From: Eledone cirrhosa | Taxonomy: Eukaryota | Assembly: GCA_964016885.1 (NCBI GenBank) | Contig: OZ024743.1 | Coordinates: 19,034,001 to 19,098,000 of the forward strand | Reading direction: 5' to 3' | DNA: 64,000 nucleotides | Shown: in pieces, positions 55,581 through 64,000 of the stretch | How the letters are laid out: each line of letters starts with the position of its first letter | How positions within the stretch are numbered: the first letter of the stretch is position 1 | Position numbers and translations under genes: made by a program | Notes under the pieces: model-generated | The model's input: the letters and a program-made list of their open reading frames with translations, nothing else | What the model was told of the DNA's origin: nothing | The model's database searches: none

Positions 55581-55751
55581 CAAATAAAAACAACAATAAT
55601 ATTCTGTAATTTAGGCACAATGTCAGAGATATTGAAAAAGGCACGTGGATTAAATTGTAGAACATAGGACGACAGCCAACAACACTGGAGGATAAATATC
55701 GCGTAAAAGGGGAAGCCTTAAGAATAGGCACGGCAGTAAATAAGAAATAAT

Positions 55752-55937
55752 TGTTTCTACTGTTGGCACAAGGCCAGCAATTACCCAGTACATTACTGGT
55801 ACTTTATTCTATCGACCCCGTAAGGATGAAAGGCAAAGTTGACCTCGGCGGGATTTGAACTCAGAATGGAAAGGGACGTAATTCTATGCGTCAAAGCATG
55901 ACGTCCGACCCTCTACCGATACTGTCAATCCACCGCA
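55752..55937 (-). mobile_element. Full-length SINE, family 1, with an 18-bp flanking direct repeat
   Basis: Minus-strand head GCGGTGGATTGACAGTATCGGT...GAGTTCAAATCCCG. CAGTAAATAAGAAATAAT occurs at 55734-55751 and 55956-55973. Confidence 0.92.
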
Positions 55938-58016
55938 CTTAAAGATTATAAATGCCAGTAAATAAGAAATAATGTGTATTAAAAGCAGTGGAGACCACTG
56001 TATATACCTCATAAGCAAAGGTCGCCGAAACTTGGAGAGGAAATCTCATGGAATTATCCCGGGACACACACAAATTCGGATTACCTGACACATCAAAAGC
56101 AATGTATTCGACCAATGAAATGGAAAATGGGCAATATATTCATTTTTTCTTTTAATGATGCAATCAGTAAAAGTTTATTTTCAATAAATGTCTTTCACTC
56201 AGAAAGTTGGCTGTAAAATAATTGATAATTACATAAATATGAAAAAAGAAATATTAAATAAAATTAAGTAATGAGAAAAACGGGACGGGGTAAAGAAGGC
56301 CTGCTTTTGACTTTATGGGAAAATAGAGGAAATGCCATAAATGAGAGGGAAAAGATGGAAAAAGCAAGGACTCTTAGGCAACAAACATAGGGAGAAGAGG
56401 AGAACTTGATAGGCCCTGGGCCAAAGGAGGAGTGGTGTGTGTGGTTAACCCCGTGGATGAAAACCAACCTAAAACCCAATACTTAATGTGGACTCAACCA
56501 ATTTTCCTTTTCCTTGTCACCCATGTTTCAGAAGTGTTTCTTTCCCTATTCTTTTCTTTCTTCCTCTCTTTTTCCACTCTCCCCTTTCTTTTCTGTTTTT
56601 AGCTTCGCCCGCTTCTCTCTCACCCCTTATATCACTTCTCAATTCATAAGTATAAAGGTTTTGTGGGTTTGTTTAGAGAAAATTACGTTCAGTCTTCAAA
56701 CATTTCGTGAGCCCCGTACCACATTTCTCACTATGGCATCTTGACAGACAATGACTACCCATATTTGTTCATGACAATTATGATCTTTTTTTTCGATTAT
56801 TACAACAAACTTGTCTAATAAGCTGATCCGTCTTGCACATGGTATCAATGATTCAAACTAAACCTTCAAATGATCTATGAATCGATACTGGAATAATACG
56901 TGCAGACGAGCTTGTCATCGTGCACGCCGTCGGGCACGTATTGATAGTTGGTGGTCCCAGGTTCGTCAAGGCTGTGGATTAATTACAGAATAAGCAAATC
57001 CACAAATGAGTGTCTAATACTGCACGCGTTAACAGCACAAACCACTACCAAAGCAACATCCGGTATTTCAACTATTAGTCCTCTATAGAAACCAAATGGT
57101 GATATTCCACCGAAACATGGTGAATCTGATAGAGAATATACCTCATGTAACAAAAATAGGAGTGTGACTTCCACCTGCACTCATCTAACGAAGTTTATTC
57201 CCTCTTCTATAATTTGTGACCGAGTGTGGACAATATATCACGCATCTCAACGTCGAGGAAACGTTAAATCGCCATTCTCGCCGTGCGCAAATCGTAAGCA
57301 GTATAATTGTTTTAATAAAATTCTAATCGAGTATAAGAACAATTTGATACTGTTCTTCGAAACTGTGAACAACATATACATACATTTCGCTTCTTTACTG
57401 TTAAAGATTAAGGAAGACAAACCTGTACGAAAGATTTTATTGCGATATGGGGGGAAATAGAAAAAAAGCCAAATCATTTTTTTGTTTTTTTTTAAAGACT
57501 GGAAGCAAGTCAGATTATGCCATATATCACACAGGCACAATGCGGGAAATTAAAATATTAATATAAGTTTAGATTACCCTCTAAGGACATAACATGCTGA
57601 CAATACGACATTATTATTTTACTGGGCATAGAAGACAAAGAATGCATTCGGAAATGTTTCATTATACTGAATATAAAGAAAAAATACTAATGTGTATTCA
57701 ATTGTACATACATACATGGATACAAATATATATATATATATATATATGTATGTATATATGTATGAATGTGTGTATGTGTGGGGGGGGGGGGGGGGGGGGC
57801 TTTGTATTATTTTCCTTCTGGTTCTAATAAATTGAATGCAATCCTATTATAATTTGGCAGTCGATAAATATCACCCTGGGAGATATAACTGATCGTTCAT
57901 AATTACTTTCTATTTCTACTTTATATATGTTTATATAATTTTTTATGTTTCCACCAATTGCATGATATATTGCATGGCCTTATATTTCTGGGTTATATTC
58001 TACATACAAAATCATA

Positions 58017-58488
58017 TCTATCTTCTATATCTATATCTTCTATATATCTATATAAAACTGAAATTATGTGCGTGGGGGGGGGGGGGGGGGGTCTTAATTT
58101 TGGCATTTCGGCAAAGTCTATACAAATCCACATTCCTACTCCGATTGATTTCAAACTTGCATTTATATATTCCTGGCGGTCTAAAGATATTAACTGCAGC
58201 TTTTAATTTTTCGATTTTCTGTTGTTAAAGGCGTTTTATTTCACTAAAACTTTAAACCTTTTTTGTCATTTAATTCGGCAATGTTGTCACATGCACTGTG
58301 AGCGATAATGGAGTAATGCACGCAGACAGCTAAACTGTACATTCAACTTGTTAATCTTCTCCAAATAAAACAAGTTTCCTATCGGTATATTTTCGTGAGT
58401 TTTTAACAGGCACTCACAAATAAACGTTTTTCATTGGTGGTGTTATTACCAATGTTCTTACCCGTGCAACGCCTGGATACACTAATAG
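58017..58488 (+). mobile_element. Non-autonomous Helitron-like element
   Basis: 5' TCTAT...TCTATATAAAACTGAAA...CCGATTGATTTCAAACTT. 3' hairpin CCCGTGCAACGCCTGG followed by ...ATAG|T, resembling the 3' end at 6825-6853. Confidence 0.7.
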
Positions 58489-58498
58489 TATATATATA

Positions 58499-58550
<52 letters not shown>

Positions 58551-58575
58551 TGTAATAAACAACATAAGGCAATTA

Positions 58576-58636
58576 TTTCATTTACCAGTGGTTTCTTGAA
58601 AGCAAACAAATTTTGCTTTCAATCATCAGAATGAAA
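58576..58636 (-). ncRNA. Type I hammerhead ribozyme, fully canonical
   Basis: TTTCATT CTGATGA TTGAAAGCAAA ATTTG TTTGCTTTCAA GAAA CCACTG GTA AATGAAA. 7-bp stem I, perfect 11-bp stem II, stem III ACC/GGT, triplet GTA. Confidence 0.9.
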
Positions 58637-58759
58637 ACATCCTGGTGTATTTATTGATATTGGATTCTAAAAACAAAAATATAATCTATATGAAAGTGAG
58701 GCTGGAAAAGGAAGAAGGAATATATATATATAAAGTTAACTTAATGGGAATAGTTAAAA

Positions 58760-59220
58760 ACTAGTGAAATTGGAAAATTACACTGATCCGTATTTTCCTG
58801 GAATCCGTAGATTTCACTTTAAAAACAATAAAAATTATTTCATTAGTAATGTATCTATTAGAATAATCTTCCCTTTGACATCTGATATAGGAAAAATTAG
58901 TAAAAATCTCCCTAATAGAATCCTACTTACTATTAAGCGGAATCCTTAATGTATGAGGAAAATTCAATGATATTATAGAGTGGTTTATTAAATTAAATAA
59001 TTAAAAAACTATTGACAAATATGATAAAAAAAGATTTTGACATTTATTATGAATCTATTTCTACTACACTCTTAAAGAAAGAACTGTGGCTTTGGTCGTT
59101 ACAAATATTACAAGACAGGCATGTGATATTTCTTTGGCCTATACGTACCGTCATTAGGTTTTATGGAAGTACTCATGTCAGTAACACCGTTGGGTTATAT
59201 ATCCTTAATAAATGTACTTA
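58760..59220 (+). pseudogene. Very decayed Hydra-like PLE RT fragment
   Basis: IRIIFPLTSDIGKISK...NRIL, DFDIYYESIS..LL.K and YGSTHVSNTVGLYILNK resemble 3-716 and 31778-32308. Confidence 0.6.
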
Positions 59221-59228
59221 TTTCTCGT

Positions 59229-59282
<54 letters not shown>

Positions 59283-59283
<1 letters not shown>

Positions 59284-61367
59284 TAAACGGAAAAGAAAAT
59301 GCTGACAAATTGTTCACAGTTGAAAGATGGTTTAATTAGGAATGAAAGAGTATTAGTGATTGTATGGGTTAGTATTCAGTTGTAGTTATAAGTTTTTAAG
59401 TTTTTACCGGTTGCGCATTTCTAAATGCTTTTCAAAAATAATTTTGAGATAGAGTGTCCGTGCTGTTTGCTCTGATCTGATTAGTTTTGGGAATTCTACC
59501 TGTTTTTATGTTAAAAAAGTGACTCCAGCGTTATTTTTGTGTTACAAAAATGCTTGTGGTCAAAACAATTTTGATTGGTCGGTAGAGGTCATGTGAATGT
59601 AAAAAGTTGATTTTGCGCCAAGACTGTTTTTATGTTAAAACCTTACACATTGAAAGGAACTGGAAGCGATATCTAGATGACTGCTTCATCCTTTGGCACG
59701 AAAACATCGAAAAACTTAAAGAATTTCACACCCTTATAAATGGGCTCAACACAAATATTAACTTCACGATGGAATACAGCCATCAACAACTCCCCTTCCT
59801 CGACATCCTCATTAAGATCCATAACAAAAAAATAGAAACAGACATATACTACAAGCCCACAGACTCCAAGCAATATCTCCCCTTCAACTCTTGCCACCCT
59901 AGACACGTTAAAATTAATATTCCCTACAACTTAGCCAAGAGAATCTGTACTATAGTCTGCAATAAAAACATCTGCTACTTACGGCTACAAGAACTAAAGG
60001 ACACACTCATAGGCAGGGACTACCCAGCATCACTAATTGACAATGGAATCCAACGTGCCCTAAAACTCAGTACCCAGGACCTTAGACACCCTAAAGTAAA
60101 TCAACCAAAACTAAAAGCTCTTCCATACCTCTCCACACACAACCCCCTCAACAATGAGGCCTTTGACACCATCCTCCAGAACATCCCTGTATTGAAAAAG
60201 GACCATAGAATGAACCAAATTCTACGAACACACGATATCATAAAGAGCAAAAGACAATCCAAGTCAATGAAAAACATCTTAACAGATGCCAAAGTACTGC
60301 CAACCACAACAACGAAACCCACAGTAAAATAATGCGATAGACCCAACTGTGGCATTTGCATTAACCTAATAGAGGGTTCGGAATTCTATTTCAAAGATGG
60401 ACAACGTTTTATAGTAAAACACAATTTCACATGTGCATCGGAAAATCTAATATATGTATTAACTTGTTCAGGTTGTCGAGAACAATACATAGGCCAGACC
60501 AAAAACAGCCTCCGCCAACGCATGACTGTCCATAGATCCCAAATTAAAATACGGGAATACAGGAAAATACCACTGAGTGAACACATTGATACCTGTGCCG
60601 GCCAAAATCATCCCAACTTCAGAATCTTTCACCTCTACAAATTTAAATATAATGCCACCCACACCCAGCGCATCAGCAAGGAATCTTACTTCATTAACAA
60701 ATACGGACCCCGTCTAAACACTTCTCCCTAAGACGAACCCACAACATACACACGTCAACATACATACCTACATCAGCACACATCTCTACCCACATATAAA
60801 CACAATGACACACGTAAATACACATGCTCTATGGTGCAATACAAAAAAATATATGTGCATATATATGTATGTATATATGTATATATATTTATATATGTAG
60901 TGAATATATGTATGTGTATATATATATAGTGAATATGATTTCACACCTTTTATTGTTAAGATTTTTGATGTTCTATTAAGAGAACCGATTTTACTGAAAT
61001 AATCGAATAATGTACACCATTTTACCAGGGGGAAAAAAATACTGGTCCACCCACACACACACTCACACACACATATATACACACACACATACACACGCGT
61101 ACATCAACATACAAAGAGACGTATACACACACACACACACACACGCACTTCTCCCTATAAGACAAAAGCTGAAAAATATCTTTTGACATGCTAAAATAGC
61201 CCCCATTGCTTTCAGACACATTCTTACTGACCATCGAATTACTCTGCTATACACACACACACTTATCTTAATAGCCATTTGACACACATCGTTGCTGGCC
61301 ATTGTCGCAGCATCGAACACCTTACTACTACTACTACACACACACACACACATATATACACACACAC

Positions 61368-61417
<50 letters not shown>

Positions 61418-61906
61418 ACATACACACACATATTTGTTGTGAAAGAGTCATTTCTCAATCTTGGCGCAAAACCAATTTTTTATCCACATGACCTCTACCG
61501 ACCAATCAAAATTGTTTTGACCAAGAATATTTGCTGGAGCCACTTTTTTAACATAAAAACATTCTTGGCGCAAAATACAACTTTTTACATTCACATGACC
61601 TCTACCGACCAATCAAAATTGTTTTGACCACAAGCATTTTTGCAACACAAAAATAACGCTGGAGCCACTTTTTTAACATAAAAACAGGTAGAATTCCCAA
61701 AACTAATCAGATCAGAGCAAACAGCACGGACACTCTATCTCAAAATTATTTTTGAAAAGCATTTAGAAATGCGCAACCGGTAAAAACTTAAAAACTTAAA
61801 ACCACAACTGAATACTAACCCATACAATCACTAATACTCTTTTATTCCTAATTAAACCATTTTTCAACTGTGAACAATTTGTCAGCATTTTCTTTTTCGT
61901 TTACCA
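59283..61906 (+). mobile_element. 5'-truncated PLE (RT plus GIY-YIG) bracketed by ~355-bp inverted repeats
   Basis: 59640-60731 reads WKRYLDDCF, FTME, LPFLDI, YYKPTDSKQYL..NSCHP, then one TAA, then CDRPNCGIC...LIYVLTCSGCREQYIGQT...R...H...KESYFI...LN. 59283-59639 is the reverse complement of 61545-61905. An extra partial tandem unit lies at 61455-61560. Confidence 0.92.
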
Positions 61907-61942
61907 ATATATAATAACTTGTGTGTTACACCTCTATTCTTT

Positions 61943-62054
<112 letters not shown>

Positions 62055-62064
62055 GACAGAGAGA

Positions 62065-63898
62065 GAATAAGAAAAAGCGAAGTAGTTTCAGATGTTAAAG
62101 TCCTTTAGTGATAATGCTGCGATACATATTTCAATGACGACAGTGGCCACACACTTCGGTGTACCCAGTACCGTGATATCATCAGACAACTTCTTACATA
62201 ATGAGGTTATGTTTACGAGGCAATCCAAATTGAATCGACAGGTGAACGGATAAAGCGTTCCCTTGTGAGTCCCAATTCACCCTCACCGGTCTGCGCAGGC
62301 GCAAGTCCGATGGAAGTTGACCTTCCACTACCCCAAAGTTCTACCAAACTTGTCTAGGCGGGTCCCCTCTCAACCAAACAATCACCCTATCCAGGTCTGT
62401 AATATGACATGGTTATAGTTTACTGCTAGTCGCCCTGCCAGTGACAGTTGGCCGAAACCTAGTCGGGGTGGGAGAGTATGAGTTTCAATAGGTCTCAATA
62501 CTACCCCTAAATTATATTATGCTTGGACAATAGAATTGACCCGCTAAGAGAATATATACTTATTTCTAGGTTTCACAGTGGAAATTATGATTGAAAATTA
62601 GAAATTAAAAAAATTACAACTTAAAATCTTGATTGAAGAAAGTAAAAAAATATGTACATATAATAACTAATAAATAGGGAGATGTTTAAATTATAGTAAG
62701 AAGTGTTGAAAGGCGGATCAATATTACAGATATATTATCCATATATTGAACGATAGTACCGTACAGTAGAACAGAGGGTAAATTACAGTATGAAACGTAG
62801 TAATTAGGCAAATACATAGTTAATATCTCTATCACATGAATCAAAACAAAAAATACAAAATATGAAATACAAAAAAATACAAAAAATGCATAGATGCAAA
62901 ATGACATAGGAGATATATATGAGAAAAATATACGAGGAAGGTAAACTGTATGGAAATGAGGGTATAAGTGGTTAAAACGATTGTCAAATTTGTCCATGTA
63001 AAGTGCATATAAAAATTCGTTATCGGATGAAGTGAGGGGGCTTCCGTTCAAGACCTCTGTGCAAATGCAATTTGCTGCAGGTAAGTAAGGGGATTATCGT
63101 TGTTTTTAGTTCCGCGTATTTGCCCTGTCGAAAGTTAGTTTATAATTTTATGTCCGTCCAGTAGCAGGGATTTCCAGTCTGTGTAATCAATCCCCATGGT
63201 AGAGGGAATATCCGGGTGTAGCTGATGGCTGGTTCCTCTCTTCTCCACTATATCGGTTACATCATAGAGTGCTCAACGCTTTAGAGCTAAATTCTTAAGG
63301 TAAACATCGATGCAATTAAATTCAAGCACTCAACGTACTTTTTCTACATAGGAGCGACGGATTATATATCGAATAAGAAAAAGCGAAGTAGTTTCAGATG
63401 TTAAAGTCCTTTAATGATACTACTGTGTTACATATTATACTGTGATACATATTCCAATGGCGACAGTGGCCACGCGCTTCGGTGTACCCAGTGCCGTGAC
63501 ATCAGACAGCTTCTTGCATAATAAGATTATGTTTCCGAGGCAATCCAAATTGAATCGACAAGGGAACGGACAAAGCGTGTGTTCTTGAATCCTTCGCTCA
63601 TTCCCTTGTGAGTCCCAATTCACCCCCACCGGTCTGCGCAGTCGCAAGTCCGAAGGAAGATTACCATCTACTACTCCAAAGTTCTACGAAACTCGCCTAG
63701 GCAGGTCCCCCTCTCAACCAAACGATCACCCCATCCAGGTCTGTAATATGACAGGGTTGTAGTTTACTGCTAGTCGCCCTGCCAGTGGCGGTTGGCCGAA
63801 ACCTAGTGGGTTTATCTTATTCGATATATACTCCGTCGCTCCTATGTGGAAACAGTACGTTGAGTGCTTGAATTGAATTGCATGAATGTTTACCTTAA

Positions 63899-63899
<1 letters not shown>
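62065..63899. repeat. Two copies of a ~400-430-bp unclassified repeat (62065-62465, 63371-63807); the second is flanked by 85-bp inverted repeats (63294-63378, 63815-63899)
   Basis: Both copies run GAATAAGAAAAAGCGAAGTAGTTTCAGATG...GGCCGAAACCTAGT. CTTAAGGTAAACAT...GAATAAGA is inverted at 63815-63899. Confidence 0.88.
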
Positions 63900-63948
<49 letters not shown>

Positions 63949-64000
63949 CATTGGAGTGATTTGGTAGTCATGCCTCACCTGATATGTATTTACTTTGGTG

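Overview
An AT-rich, microsatellite-dense animal (eukaryotic) genomic window made almost entirely of transposable-element relics. I recognise no host-gene exon, rRNA, bona fide tRNA or CRISPR. The dispersed tRNA-headed SINE (GGATGAAAGGCAAAGTYRACCTCGGCGGGATTTGAACTCAG) resembles SINEs I associate with octopod cephalopods; this is inference and unverified. Contents: about 8-10 Penelope-like element (PLE) fragments of several lineages (Neptune-like, Naiad-like, Hydra-like), two R4/Dong-type RT+RLE LINE families and a Tx1/L1-type family clustered at (TAA)n arrays, a near full-length RTE LINE with a PHD finger inside its RT region, a decayed autonomous Helitron plus a non-autonomous one, SINEs and several local tandem or inverted duplications. 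The main signal missing from the ORF track is non-coding: at least 14 hammerhead-ribozyme motifs found by eye on both strands. Four have intact cores and stems (1968-2038 +, 38847-38887 +, 45448-45492 -, 58576-58636 -), one is a repeated core variant (CUGAGAA), and one sits in an ORF-less ~400-bp hairpin-rich mini-element. All family names and folds are manual pattern recognition; no search or folding program was run.
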